In this document: positions 14,650 to 29,210 of the stretch, piece after piece
How positions within the stretch are numbered: the stretch's first letter is position 1
Layout of the letters: each line of letters opens with the position of its first letter
DNA from: Lytechinus pictus
Lineage: Eukaryota
NCBI RefSeq assembly: GCF_037042905.1
Contig: NC_087251.1
Coordinates: 40,116,001-40,180,000, forward strand
DNA: 64,000 bases
Reading direction: 5' to 3'
The notes under the pieces: generated by a model
Seen by the model: only the letters and a program-made list of their open reading frames with translations
What the model was told of the DNA's origin: nothing
The model's database searches: none
Program-made: the position numbers and the translations under genes

Positions 14650-16180
14650 TTTGAAGCGCGATCTAGCAGATTCTTCTGTATACTGACCTGAAAGCGGGCA
14701 TTTCACGTGCCATTTTGATTTATTAAGAAGATATGTATAAGTTTATATCACTAAACAAATAATGCGAGCGCGAAGTTCGAGCTGATTTTTTTTTCATATC
14801 AAGATCTGTAAACGGCCCACATCTCATTTAAATTATTGCAAAAACAAAGCGCGAGATGAAAGACTTTGATAAATATCGACTTAATTTTTTTTAATTATAG
14901 ACATGGATACGAGATATGTCCTATCTCATCGAAAAAAACATGCAGACGTGGAGCATATATACTGTACTGACCTTAATACGAATATTCTAGCACTCGGTCT
15001 TTGTATATCTATTCCAATAAAGGAATACCTACCTCAAAAGCAGTTTGTACAATTTTACAAATTCCTACAAATACGTATCTTAGTCAACAACAAACAAAAT
15101 GCAGAGGGGGCAGAGCCAAGTACAAATAGAGGGGGGAGGGGCACATGGAGAAAGGGCACCTTTTCTTTCGAAAATGCATGGCACTATATCTTAACACGAA
15201 GAAGAAAAAAAATGACTTATCTACCCACTCACGTGACTCATGAAACTTTGAAGACCCAGAGTCCCAGACAAAGCCCAAAGTGAAATTGACAAATCATACC
15301 AGTCGAAAGCTTAATTAATATAAACTAATTAACACAGAAATTTCAGCTTAATGCATTTTCACCGCTTTCCAGCTGATTTTTTAAAATATATTCTGATGTG
15401 AAACTGCGTATAAATTTAAGCATATTGAATAAAGAACAAGCTGCTAATCTCAATAAACGCACGTGCTCGTGTTTCAGATTTAGACCTAGAATCTGGTCAT
15501 TCTAAATATATTTTTTATCATGAAAATCAATAATGCAAGCGCGAAGCGCGAGCTGGAAATATTTGATATTCCGATCGTAAATAGGGTCCATTTAAAAACT
15601 AATTCAAGCACTGTATAGGAAAATTGTGAAGTGGATATCCGGATTGCACTTAATAAATTATTTTGAACTAGGACAAGGGCATTCTTAAGACATTTTCTCA
15701 TCATATGAAAAATGATGACTATCTTCCTATAAGCGCGAGATAATGCTTGTCGACATTCCAAAAAAAAGGGACAATCTAATTATTAGCAATTTATGAAAAT
15801 ATTGTTATCTTATTTATTTATTAATGTAATGAACCCTGTGAAAGCGCGAGATTTGATGATATTAATGCCTGAAAACTGGACATTTTAAAACACTTTTGTA
15901 ATTAGGAATAGAAAGCATGTGTTTATATATATATATAACATTTAATACGAGCGCAAATCGCGAGCAGAAAATAAAACGGACATTTACAGATCACTGTTTG
16001 TAATTTTGTAAATTTGTAAATCAAACAAAATAATGAAAGCTCAATGTCCGAGCTAAAATATGTTTTGTATATTGACTTCAAAACTTGACATTTTAAGCTC
16101 CATATCAGCCTATTCATTTAGCAAGATATGTCTCTCATCTGCAATGCGAGCGCAAATTTAATATTGTGATATAAAGATTT
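14650..16180. repeat. Degenerate repeat with periodic GCGAGCGCGAAGCGCGAGC motif
   Basis: Motif variants near 14765, 15535, 15950 and 16145; the reverse-complement form recurs at ~62280-63350. Confidence 0.5.
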
Positions 16181-17439
16181 TTCGAAATTATTTTCCAGGG
16201 GAGCGTTTTATCAACAATTTCGTCCGACAAGTTGTCAGATCTGACATCTTTCCTTGAATCTGATTGGCTAAGAAGCACTGTTACTATGGTAACTGTCGGA
16301 TAAAATGGGACTTTGTCGGAAATACTCCCCTGATATTCTCCTCACATTATTTCATTTACTCGTCTTCCTCCTCTTTTTCCTCTTCTTTCTCTTTTTTCCT
16401 CTTCTTTTTCTTCCCCCCTATTTCTCCCTTTTTTTTATCCGCCAATAGGGGAATGGGCCAGGCCCCTCGCCCCCTGGATCCGCCTATATAGATTTTTCAA
16501 TTTCACTTTTTGGTCTGGTCTGGGTCTTCAAGGCACGTAGGATTATTCTTACAATTTTTCCCCCTTCATTTAGGAACACTTGTTCTCAAAGAAAAGGAAT
16601 GCCATCAGAACATCAACAGAACAAACTAGAAAAGAAAAGGGGCATTTATTAAAAGTATATAAATAAGGGTATATTAAAATAGGGCATTTAATTCTACTCT
16701 CCCTTTTCCTACTTTTTTCTTATCTTCTATTCTTTACATTCGTTTTCTTTCCCTCTCTTTCGTCCTTTCCTTTTCCCTAATTCCCTTATCTTTCTCCCTC
16801 CTTTCTCCTTCTTTTTCTTCCCCCTCTCTATTTCTCTTCTCCTTTTTTTTTGTTGGGAAGGGGGGGGGGGGGGGAGTGCTCTAGCTCTGGTGCCTTGTGC
16901 ATAGTTTCGTAAATTTTTTTAAAAAATATCAAAGTTACTTAGCTCCGCCTCTAGAAGTGAAGTCCACTTCAACAAAATTGGTTTGAATAAGCAGAAAAAA
17001 ATGCAACAATCATAACGCTGAAAACTTGATTAAAATCGGATGTAAAATAAAAATGTTACGCCATTTTTAATTTTCGAATTTTCACAAAATAGTTATGCAT
17101 ATCCTTCTTGTAGACCAATGACGAAAAAGATGACGTCATGCACTCACTAGAATATTGTATTCTACTTTCAGTTTTATATGAAATAACAAATATTTAAATT
17201 CATTCCTCATTATAAAGCATATAAAATAAGTTTATTTCTCCATAGACATATACCATTGCTGTAATTGTGATTAAATGAAGAGCTTCCTTTTTGTCAAATG
17301 TGCAAAAAATAAAAATATTATATAATACATATAATGAAATATTAAATGAATAGTGTTCGTGTGATACCATCTCTCTCATATATTGCATATCACCGTGATG
17401 TGCATAAGTTAATTTTATTTAAAAAAATAAGCGATTGTT

Positions 17440-18120
17440 TGATGTCATCATTATATCAGCCATGTTCAGCTCACTGCAAAGTTAAGGCCTCCTCATGTTG
17501 GTGCCAAAAGGTGCTTGTCTTGTGCTGATGCAATTCACTTTATGCCAATGAACTTTGAGAGCTTGTCACTCCATTTCAGTGTTTGTCTACCCCGATTTTG
17601 TGATCCTATATAGCCATGGTCTCCATTCTGTGATGCGTTTGGTCCATCTATTATCATGAGATCTTTAAGGTGGCCAGCTCATCTCATCACCATTTCATTG
17701 TTTTAATTGCTTTGATTTAATATGTCTATATTACAGTCTATTACTCTAGTCTGGCTCCTAATCCATTGTATGGTTTTTCTGTCACGTTTTGATATCCGTA
17801 CATCGTACATTCCACACTGTGTTGAGTGCATGGTTTTTAGTTTCTGTTCCATTTTCTTTGTTACAGACCAGGTTTCGGAACCATAGGTCATTGCCGGTAG
17901 AACACATTGATTAAAAACTGTTCTTTTAAGGTAAATTAGCATATTGCTCTTAATAATGTCACTGGAATTCCCCAAAGCGTTCCATCCAGCCCTTGCCCCT
18001 TTTAACTTCTTCCGTCAGTTCTTCATGATCCATTCTGATGTGTTGCCCAAGGTAGATATAGTGATCTACTCTTTCAAATTCAGAGTTATCCATTGTTATG
18101 CCCCGTGGCAATGTATTTTA
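17440..18120 (-). mobile_element. RTE-clade LINE, 3' RT fragment (decayed)
   Basis: LKRTVFNQCVLPAMTYGSETWSVTKKMEQKL...RDRKTIQWIRSQTRV is typical of the RTE RT C-terminal region; frameshifted. Confidence 0.8.
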
Positions 18121-19074
18121 ATGTATCTTTAGTTTATTTTATTTTTATTTTATTTTTGTTTTACATTAGATTTTGACAAAAATTCATTGTGCTTGTTTAT
18201 TTTGCTCATTTTATGCAAATTGCAAATTTATATATTCGAGTTGTCTTGAACAGCAAGTATGTGTGTCAACAGGAATCAACTTAATTGGTTGCATGGATTT
18301 TTCAGATTGATACGAGAGTAACGATGTTCGATGACATAAAGAAAAACGGAACATATATCAGAATTGTTTCATTTGTTTTCTGTTCTGTTTTGTTTTTCCA
18401 TCAGCAAAGAATTAATCCGGAGTGGTCCAAGACTTTCAATAAGATCGATTGCCATCTGTTGCAAGTACACCCTAAGCCACAATTGGAAATGGAATAGAGA
18501 TATATACACTCGACAAGACTACACATAACCATCCATGCGGCCTGGTCAGCGTAGAAATTCATGGAGTAGGAATTAGTTGTATAGGAGAAAGTGGCTTGGA
18601 ACTTGAAAGGCATCCGCCCATGCATCTGCACGCAGCTATCTGATGGAGAATGGCCATGCAAGTCGACTGACTTCCTCCATGCACGAAATGACTCAATTTT
18701 AGTATGAGAAGGAGTAGGACGTGGATGGTCGACTTCTGTCGACGAGTATCCTGAAAATACCATGGTGGAAAGTTCTCCCGATGTAGTCCATCGTGGTGAG
18801 GAGATCAAGATCAAGTTGATCTTCCGCTTGCCTGAGGAACCCTGGGGAGGGAGCAGGGAAGGGAGGGGGGGGGGGGGTTCTAGAGCATATAAAGTAAAAA
18901 GGGTATAACAATTTCCAAACCCAAGAAGTAATCTCCAACTCTGGATACGTAAAAAGGGTATTATAAAGGCTAGAGAAAACATGAAAAATACTTGTTTAGG
19001 CGGGTATCGTTCCTTTGAGAAGGGATCTAATGAAGAATGTTTACTTTAGGGTCAATTTTGAAAGTCCATGGACG

Positions 19075-20105
19075 AGCATCCATCCATCCATTCCACCAAC
19101 CATCCATCCATTCACCCATTTATTCATTCATCTATCCATCCACCCATCCATCCATTAATCTATCCGTCCATTCAAGACAGCCATCCATCCATTCATTAAA
19201 GGACAAGTCCACCCCAACAAAAAGTTGATTTGAATAAAAAGAGAAAAATCCAACAAGCATAACACTGAAAATTTCATCAAAATCGGATGTAAACTAAGAA
19301 AGTTATGACATTTTAAAGTTTCGCTTAATTTCACAAAACAATTATATGCACATCCTGGCTGGTATGCAAATGAGGAGACTATGACGTCATCCACTAACTA
19401 TTTCTTTTGTATTTTATTATATGAAATATGAAATGTTCTTATATTCTCCTCATTGTCAAGTGATACAACAATTAATTCCTCTCTGAACTTGTGGAATTAG
19501 CATTGTTTAATATTATATGGTTCAGTCAAGTTGGTCCTTATTGTCAAATCTGTAAAAAATAAAATATTGTATAATTCAAACAATAACAAACAAAAGAAAC
19601 AGTGAGTGATGGATTGTGCATTATCACATGTTTTGTGAAAAATAAGCGAAACTTTAAAATGTCATAACTTTCTTATTTTACATCCGATTTTGATGAAATT
19701 TTCAGAACTATGCTAGTTTGAGTTTTCTCTATTTATTCAAGTCAGCATTTTCCTGGGGTGGACTTGACCTTTAATATTCATGCGTGCTCGCATACATGCA
19801 TTCATCTATCTATCTATCTATCTATCTATCCATCCATCCATCCATCCGTCCGTCCTCCGTCCGTCCATCGATTAATTAATTCATGTATGCTCGCATACAT
19901 ACATTCATCCGTCCATCCATCCATTTATTCATTCATTTATCCATCGATCCATCCATCCATCCATTCATTCATTCGTTCATTCACTCACTTAGCCATTCAT
20001 TCATGCATTCACTTAGCCAATCATTCATCCATTCATTCACTCAGCCATTCATTGATTTGTGTATGACCACATTCATTCTTTTATTTATTCATCCATCCAT
20101 CCAAT
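19075..20105. repeat. (CCAT/TCAT)n microsatellite interrupted by a MITE
   Basis: Degenerate tetranucleotide arrays at 19075-19195 and 19790-20105; these explain the spurious SIHP-rich ORFs. Confidence 0.85.
19200..19770. mobile_element. Kolobok-type MITE, full-length
   Basis: TTAA on both sides; TIR AGG(A/T)CAAGTCCACCCC. Partial copies at ~3490-3594, ~16955-17450, ~50080-50494 and ~61260-61308. Confidence 0.85.
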
Positions 20106-20515
20106 CACTCATTTGTTCATACGAATGTCAAATGAACAAAAATTGTAATATATATATATTTATATTGTAATTTTTTTATGTTGTCTGATATTGATTACTT
20201 CCTCTCTTTGAGTTATGTTTATTCAGTTTACATCTTTTAGGGTGATTATCTTCATTCACTCTTGGTGCACAGGTTAGATGCAGAAGTGTAGAAAATGTGT
20301 AGACCATACAACCTCTCAGATGCAAATTCACATTACAGATTAAAAAAAAAGACTGCCGGTGATAAGGCAAATATTTCAATGGACCGTTTTGAAGTGAATT
20401 AATTTTATGGATATTTCTATCTCTTTTTTTTTTTTGGGGGGGGGGGGGGATTGGGGTGCTGGGACTAAGTAACGATATATTTCTGATATCTGCTTTTGAT
20501 GAATTAGTCCATTCT

Positions 20516-20721
20516 GTACCGACCGCACAGAAACGTTGTAAGTCTAATAGAACGTTAACAGTAAGCCCAGTCACATCTTCCGGATTGTGAAGTCAAAACG
20601 CGTATTTCAATGTGTAAAGTATGTATTGTTGTAACATTAGGCTATGCTGCCACATTACCTGTTGTAACAGGGCCTCTGTGAACGCATTGTTACCTTAACA
20701 ACGTTTCTGTGCGGTCAGTAC
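20516..20721. mobile_element. Short MITE
   Basis: TIR GTACCGACCGCACAGAAACGTTGT / ACAACGTTTCTGTGCGGTCAGTAC (one mismatch). Confidence 0.7.
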
Positions 20722-23700
20722 TGGTAATTATCACCTGACAAACTTTAAAGTCTTCAAAAATAAGCTTTATAGAATTTGACAAATAAAAATGTTTCGTTGT
20801 ATGCTTTTGATTGCTCCCATCTCCCCGAAGAATAAAATACGATAGTGCTATTTTACAAGTGCACCTGGTAAATCCGAACTATTAGTTGCTGTGTAAATGA
20901 AATATGGCCAAATTTTTTAAGAATTTGTTATTTTGCCTTGATGATAAATTAATAAATGATTGTGTTACAACTATTGGCGGTGATTCCGGGTGAAGGGAAC
21001 ATGCCCCCCTTCCCCTTTGATTTTTAAAATTTTGTACAGAAGTTTATTGGAGAGGGCTGTCGTCCATCCCTCCCCCCATATGGACCAAAAAAATCCCATG
21101 AAATCGCCGCCAATGGTTAAGCTCCTTTTGGCTACTTGTATTTATTCTGGTACAAAACTTTTTCCTCTCTGCCATTTCTCCCTCTCTTTCTTTCTGTCCA
21201 TCCCTCACTTCCCCTCTGTCTCTTTCTTCCATTGTCTCTCTCCTCTCCTATCTCAACCCCCCCCTGCAGATCTTATTTGCTCATGAGCAAAGAAGATGAT
21301 GATCTACCTCTGAAGGGATTTTCACATTTGGTTTTGCGACCGTTTGGTTATATTAAAATTTGCCCATGATCGTAATGGTCGAATGACTAATTTTGAAATC
21401 CCCTTAATGTATATTCTGCCTACCTCATTTTCTTACAGATTTTGAAAAATAAACTTAGTGAAATGCATCTTCACATGAATTAACTATATTCAAAACTTGA
21501 GCAAAACATCTTATATTAGATGTTACAAACTTTGGAAAACTCAAATTTGTCTAACTAAACATAACCTTTCACATTGCCAATTTGAAATAATACTCATTTT
21601 TGTTTTGTAAATTCCATATAATCTGTATGTATTGCATTTCTTAATGCATTGATGATAAATCAAAAATATGAACCAAATAGATGACAAAATACAGCACATC
21701 TTAAAAGACTATTCAAGCAAATTTAGAATATAGTTCAAAATAAAAATGTATTGAATAAAATTATTTTGATTTTGTGAAGTTCACTCTTCTAAAATATAAA
21801 AAAATTAAGATATTTTTAAATGTCGAACTGACAAGATTCTTGTAACTTATAAGCTGAAAATTGTTGTGGTTTTGCATTTCACTAATTTTATAAGATAATC
21901 ACCTGCAAAATTGCCACTAACTTCAATATTTGGCTTATACAGTGCAGAAGGTAATTTGAATTGTGAGAGTCATTGAAAACGAGACGGAACTCGCCTACTC
22001 CTTATTACAAATGTTCAGTGATGTATCACTCGGTTAATTCATAACTTAAAATTTCATCTCCGCCTTTCTTCTCAAATCTTGGAAAAGATGGAAATTGCAC
22101 CTGGAAAATGTAGGCCCAAGAAATTTTCTTTAAAAAAGAAATGGAAGAATACAATCAAGCATAAGCCTTCTAATTTTTGGTTTACCTTCTGCACATTGTA
22201 CAACCTAAAAGCTGGCCGGTATTCTGAAAATCGTGTTTTCTTTGCATTACCTTTTCTATATTGCATGCCATTACAAATTTTTAAATGGTATTCATGGCTG
22301 CTTTATATACATTTTTTTGCATATTGCCTATATTCGATATGAAAAAAGGGAAGTACAATGAAAATAAGTCCAGGTTACTTAATATTCAATTTTAAGGAAA
22401 AGTACAGAAATTTAATAAATAATGACATTCTACATAAGTTAATAACGGGGTTGTAAAAATGACACGATTTTTCAGAATACAGGCCCTGTTGCATAAAAAA
22501 TATAAAATAGTGATATGGATCCTAATCAAATGATTGGCTGAAATCGATCACATGATCAGTAATACATTTTAGCTAACAGGGAAAAATTGCCAAAATTGGT
22601 GCTACTAATGATCATATTTTCTATATAGCGCATATCACATCAACATTTCTCTATGCGCTAAGGAAAAAAAACGGTTCTTTTGACTGGTCATGGTGAAGAG
22701 ATGGTTTATCAAATGGGAATTCATATCACTATCTTATAAAACAAATAATGCACATCATGTTGCTTGGGCATTAGAATAATTGCACACACTTGTTACTTTA
22801 GAAACATTCCAAACACTCTCAGCTCTGCCTTGAGGATATTGGAACTTCCAGTTACATTGTTTATGATTTTTTCTAATGCCCTCTATGATGTGTATTGTAT
22901 AAGGTCATACCATCCAATGGTAGCTAACATGGAAACAGATGGCAAAATGACTATATAGTAGTTTTATGCAACAGGGCCCTTGGCACCCCACTCCCAATAA
23001 AAAAGGGAAAAGGGGTGTCAAAACGGATGAAAAAAGGGGGCAGGTTGAAATTGATAGTGGGGGGGGGGGGGCAGGCAGGTCAAATTGATAAGGGAGGGGA
23101 GGGATTTGTCACAGTATGTATAAAGATACACAAATGAGCCTAAAATAAGTTTTAATTTATAAGATTTTTAATTCATTTTTTCAAAGAAAGTGAACAAAAA
23201 AAAAATGACCAGCAGCCAAGAAGATTCATTCAAGTATACAGGATACCATAGCAGCTGACCTCTGAATTCAATGGGGCAAACCCCACCCCTCACAAAATGG
23301 CCAGCAGCCTTGTCCGAGCTGGGGTCTTCTTGACAAAATCACACAATATTTGACATCACCACTGAGAGACCTATTTTTCAGTGTACAGAGAAGGGCACTG
23401 GATACTGTTGTGCGTGGTATACAACTTGCTACAATGAAAGGGCTTTGTTAATGATTTTAATGATATTCTATGTAGCCAATAGTATGCAAGACCAATCAAT
23501 CGATTTTCCAAGTGATTGTGTTCCCGGGGGCAACAGTTACTACTTTTTTTTTTTTTGGGGGGGGGGGAACTTAATTCATATTCATCTGAAATTTGCCTCA
23601 AGAAGCAATTTCTTTTAACCCCCCCTCGATCTTTCCAAACTACTCCCCTTCCTTGACGTAAGATTCTGTCTTTTAATCGCCTTTGTAGTCTTTTCATTCG

Positions 23701-24614
23701 CCCTTGAACAAAACAACCACCCTTCCTTACAACCATCTCCCCCTCCCCTCTCCCCAATTCAACACTAATAGCATTTAATCCACTGATTGTGCTCTATTCG
23801 TATACCTCCCTGTACTATCCATCCAGGGAAGCATTTCATGAAGATTTTTGTCAGTGATTTTTATCAAAAAATCCTTGCATCTGATTGGCTTAGAGCAAAT
23901 CAGTGATAATCACTAACTCCCTGTATCTGTCTATTTTCAATCATTTCACATCCTTTCAACATTAACTATCCATGACTGACCCTACAGAGTTCTAATTTTC
24001 AATTTAATATTTTTTTAGTATTATTACTAATCATTTTCATTAAACAAGTCAATTTATATCACATTAAAAAAATAATTTTGGGTGCTTTTTTTTTTTTTGG
24101 GGGGGGGGGGCTTTTCTTTTCAAGAGCAAATGGAATATATTAAAAATATATTGCAAATAAATTAAATATACCCTTTTCCGTACATGATGCAATAGCGTTT
24201 CTATGAATTTCAATGAACACTGCATTTTGATCAAAATAGAAACCAATCGGGAAAATACTTGACTATTTTTTCCCCTGTCAAGCTAATTTATTCATTCACC
24301 ATCATACAAGAACCAAATGTTTGCTTGCCTACTGTATCCATCATGCCACCATGAACTCTGAGTGATCAGGCGAGGCACCGACAATGAAAGATAGATCTAA
24401 TGGGTTAGGACCTCAACATAGGCTTGTCCTGAGGGAGTACACTTCATATCCCACAATGGTTTATAATCCCCCATCAATCATTACAATACAATGCATGAAC
24501 CCTAGTAGTGAAGCAAAATGTCAAATTTCAGAGAAGACATCCAATAAATTATTTTGAAAAAATCTTTCCATGGATATATTTAGCCAAATAGTCATCAAGA
24601 ACCAATGACAACTC

Positions 24615-24835
24615 TCACAGACAGCACCCAATAAAATTGCCCAAAGTTGTTCCAGACTAGATGGAGGAAACCACTTCTTTAGCCAAAGGGTCACGGAGAG
24701 TTGGAACAGTCTACTAAAATATGCAATGTCAAATCTAACAGACAGCACCCAACAAAATTTCCCAAACTTGTTCCTTGCTGGATATAGGAAACCATGTGTT
24801 TAGCCACAGGGACAGTGTTGGAAAAATCTAACAAT
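24615..24835 (+). mobile_element. CR1-type LINE 3'-end remnants in tandem
   Basis: Two diverged units beginning ACAGACAGCACCCAA, resembling the decayed R.H..KL...RK.FFSQRV...WNSL terminus of CR1 ORF2. Confidence 0.45.
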
Positions 24836-25152
24836 CACAGCCCTACACACAGACCAGAAGATGGATGAATGAACAACCTAGCATCACTTCATGTCATCAA
24901 GCTTCAGGACCTGGCTGAGAAACTTCTCTGACATGATCAGAGGAACCATAAGCAAGAAGAAGGAAATAATTCTATGATGGTCTGCAAATTATGCATTGTA
25001 TGATCATTGCAAAGAAAATGAAAGACTCACAAGTCCCCATGAAAGATTTTTAGATGGCACAAGATCAAAGGATATTGAAATTCCGAATCATTGAGTGGAG
25101 GCCCTTCTCCCAAAATAACCGGCAATGATAAGCAGGTACATGCATAACTTAA

Positions 25153-25629
25153 CCCTATCTAGCCCGGGGGGGGGGGGGGGGGGGGCTTTTAAAAAAAGAC
25201 CTCATATTTAGATTACATCCAAGTATTTTACTTCATTCAGCCATATTTAAGCAAAATACTAACAAGTAACAACCATTTTGACATCATGATAAAGTTTGAG
25301 CCAAATAACGCGCAATGTATGTTATCATCTGAGCGCAGAATGTATGACTGCGCATATCACGTTTGTAAACTACGGTATATGCTAGCCAGACTTTGGTATG
25401 TGGCTGACTTATATTTAAGCCAAATACAATTGAATACCAAAGATGGATGTGTTTTTTTTGTGTTTTTTAAAGGCAAAATACTGAGTAAAATACTAGTACT
25501 TAAAATTCTGGCCTAAGTATCAAATTGAATACCGGCCCTAATCGACGACCAAGATCTGGGGGGGGGGGGTGGCTAAAAAGCCTTACCCCCCTGGCTATGC
25601 AATTTCAAAATAGCCCTGGCTATATAGGG
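25153..25629. mobile_element. piggyBac-type MITE, different internal sequence
   Basis: TTAA-CCCTATCTAGCC ... GGCTATATAGGG-TTAA. Confidence 0.75.
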
Positions 25630-26191
25630 TTAAACACAGTACACTGTAACTTCCCCTCACTTTAAGGGATTACATTTCTGAATACCTGAACATGATGAAG
25701 TTTCCTTTACACAGGAAATCTATTCAAAATTCTTTCCAGATAAAGAATGTTTCCTCAGAAAATGAATGTTGACAAACAATTTAAGAATCTGCCTTATCAG
25801 AATTCAAATAAGTGCATTGTGGTTTAATAATAGAGTTACAGACTAAGCCAGAAAATGTATCAGATGTACGTAGCTTCCCTTTTGGTGACAAGATCAGCAT
25901 GCATGAGGAGAAAAATAGTCTTTATTGACTCTGACTCTATAATACCAAGACTTCACATTGCCTTTCATTTCATCAGATGCAAATAAATCTGGGAAAATCT
26001 CATAAACACAGGAAAATATCAACAAATGGCTGGAAAAGACACAAATGACCACCTGGAACTAGATCCACTGAGAATTCCTCTAATGCCACCACAAAGAGGC
26101 CGACACTCTCACAAGATATCGGCATTTGTGAATCCAAGAAGTGTGCGACTTGTATGAGGTTTTGAAGAGCTCTGGATATCATGCATATTAA

Positions 26192-26956
26192 CCCTATCTA
26201 GGCCGGGGGGGGGGGGGGGCCCTCGGAGGCCCCCCCCTCAACGATTCGCGCAATATTTTTGCCGCGCAAAATTTTTTGACCATGCCGCTCGCTGACTTTT
26301 TACTCTTAAGTCTTGCGCAACTTTTGAGACCAATTTTGCGTCACCCGGGTACGTGGTTCCGAAATTAAGCAACATTATGTAAGTGCATGTCGGACAAAAA
26401 ATTGCTCAAAAACGTGATTTTGTGTACAAAGTCAATGCAAATTGTGTTTTCAACCAAAAATCATAAATGTATGATTATTTTTAGTTTTGCTGGTCTAAAT
26501 GTATTTATTTTATGCTTTTTATGATCTCAGAAGAGTCCCCAACAAATTTCATTGAAAAAACAATGAAAAACAAAAGGTTAAAAAAACAAAGAAATACGTA
26601 AGAAATTGCAAAAAACAATATAATACATAAGAAAATGATTTGATATCGCAATTTTGTTCAAGTACACTTGCTAAGAATACCACAAAGAGTTTCTATTCCA
26701 AAAATTAGAACATTTGGAGCTTGAGATAATAGTATGATTTCGCATACTAATTGCGCATAAATTAGCATAATTACTTAATAGCAATTCGCATGAAAAAAAT
26801 TACTATACAATTGTGTAAATTATGTCCCAGGCAACCCGCATGCCAATTTTCGGCGTGATCGCGCGGTCGACGGCCGAGATCTAAAGGGGGGCCTGGGAGG
26901 CCCCCCCCCCCCCCCCCGGCCATATGAACTCTCAAAATACCCCGGCCTAGATAGGG
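26192..26956 (+). mobile_element. piggyBac-type MITE, full-length
   Basis: Perfect TIR CCCTATCTAGGCCGGG / CCCGGCCTAGATAGGG with TTAA duplication; internal GGGGG..CCCCC hairpins. Confidence 0.9.
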
Positions 26957-29109
26957 TTAAAGCTGAAAGGAGCACCATTCCTTGTGGTCAGAGAGTGATT
27001 GAAGATTATCGCAACATTACCAGATTCCAAACACCAAATATAAAGATGTCACATGCAACTTAAACAAATTTCTGGAAGTCAGTATCCCTCTCTTCAAACA
27101 TACGTTGCCAGTTCCTCCGTCTTCTCTTTGTGCAAAATAAATGGTTACCTGCGTCAATTTGGAGTGCAAACCAGTTTTTGATCGATCTTGACAAATGTCA
27201 CCGAGCTCCAAAGCCATATTGGCTAAACCGCTCCATCAATATTTCAAATATCAATATGGGTCAACTTGAAACACTATACTGGCAAGGCTCTAGAAATCAA
27301 AATTTGACATTGCACTTCTAAAACAAGATTCCAGACTTACATATATTGCTTTAATTGAAGGAGATTTTTTTTTACACACCGTGGAAAAACCATTCAGGTG
27401 CATTATCCTCGTAAAAATGGGTGAAAAATTCATATCCGAAGTTGAAGATTTGGACAAACAAACCTATATTGAGAATCTACCTTATCATCACATATCTTAA
27501 CATTCGTGCAGTCCACATTATCTCTTCTCATTCTGTGATTACATGATGGATACACACTCGGCACTCACACAACCCTTATGTTTCTGGTGCTGCCATCGGC
27601 TTTAGCACAAACATGAGGTTCATGAAGGTAAATGGTGAAATGACCGCGATAAAGTTTGAAAATAGTAATTCAAATTAGTCTGACCCCAAAAATAACACAT
27701 ACAGAAAAGGAGAATAAATATTTTGCAACATATTTTACATTGCTCTATCATTGCTCTGCTTTAAAAAAAATAACATGATCAAAGTCTGTATATATAAATA
27801 CATATATAAAAATTTCTTATAAAAATTGTTTATCTTTTTATCAAATTATTAACTCAGTCATGGCAAATATCATGTTGCAACAATGTGAAACAAAGATATA
27901 GTTAGAACAGCTAGAACAGATAGTACTGGGAGGTATATAAAGAAAGACTATACCCCACAAAAGGATACAGGAATGGGAAGAAATAACAGTAAAGGTCAAG
28001 AGAAGGGATTGCAGTCATTAAAAGAAAAGAGAGAGAAAATCCTGATATGGGGAAAATTGCCACCCAATATTTTCACAAATGTTATTGCCCTCAGTACATA
28101 ATTACTGGAAAACCGATTGCATTGTCTTGCATACTCTAGGCTACACAAAATATCATTGAAATCATTATCAACGCACTTACATTGTGGTAAGTTGTATACC
28201 ATGCACAACAGTGTCCAGTGCCCTTCTCTGCATACTGAAAAATAGATCTCTCGGTAGTGACGTCACTAATTGTGTGATTCTGGCAGGAAGATCCCAGCTC
28301 AAACCAGACAGGAAGCCATGCTTGTAAGGTTTAGGGCCTACCACCATCAATCGAGGTCAGCTGCTACGGTCCTGCAACTTGAATAAATCTTCCAGGCTGC
28401 TGGTCTTACATAATTTTATAAAAAAATAAGTATAAAATCATGAATACAAAACAAGTATATAGTACAGACAAGCAAACATTATTGGGCAGGTCCAAGCTAT
28501 CTGGCATTATATGTGACATAAGAGACAAATCAAAGGAGTGTTTCACAAAGATTTGAGTGTGACTAAAAAATTGCTCTTAATTTCCACTTGCATGTGGAAA
28601 GAAACAGATCACCATATTGATTGGATCACCCTCAGTAGATGCACTCTACTGTGTATGAATCAATGAGACTGCACATGAAATATCATATGCACATTAACAA
28701 TTAGGCAGGACTTTCAGTCTATTCGTGAAACAGTTCGAAGAATCATTTTGCTAGATTTATAAAACTTTTCAAAAATCTAACACCATGACTATATACTCTG
28801 GATATAATGAAACAAAAAGAAAAACACATCACTAGCAGTCTAGCACTATATATTACTGGGACTAATGAAACAAAAATTGATATAAAATAGATGGATTCAT
28901 GAGCTTCGTCACACCCATATGCAAGAGGTAAGTTTGAAGTTGAATCTTCACACATTTATTTTTTCATGAAAAAAAAATATTTTTGGGGTACAAAATGACC
29001 TCTGTGACTTTTTTCATCTCGGGACCAATTTAGTTAACTTCTTTCAATAACTATTGATCTGATATTTTGTCCAAAAACATTCTTTCCGAAACATGAGTTA
29101 TCCTGCAAT

Positions 29110-29210
29110 GAAGTGTACTTGGGTGTTTGTTGTGTTAATGACATAGTTGAATCCTTTGAAATATCACATTTCATTATCTATGCAGATGATACAAAAAATA
29201 TTTTGTGAAA
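29110..29210 (+). mobile_element. LINE RT fragment
   Basis: VNDIVESFEISHFIIYADDTK contains the YADD catalytic motif. Confidence 0.55.
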
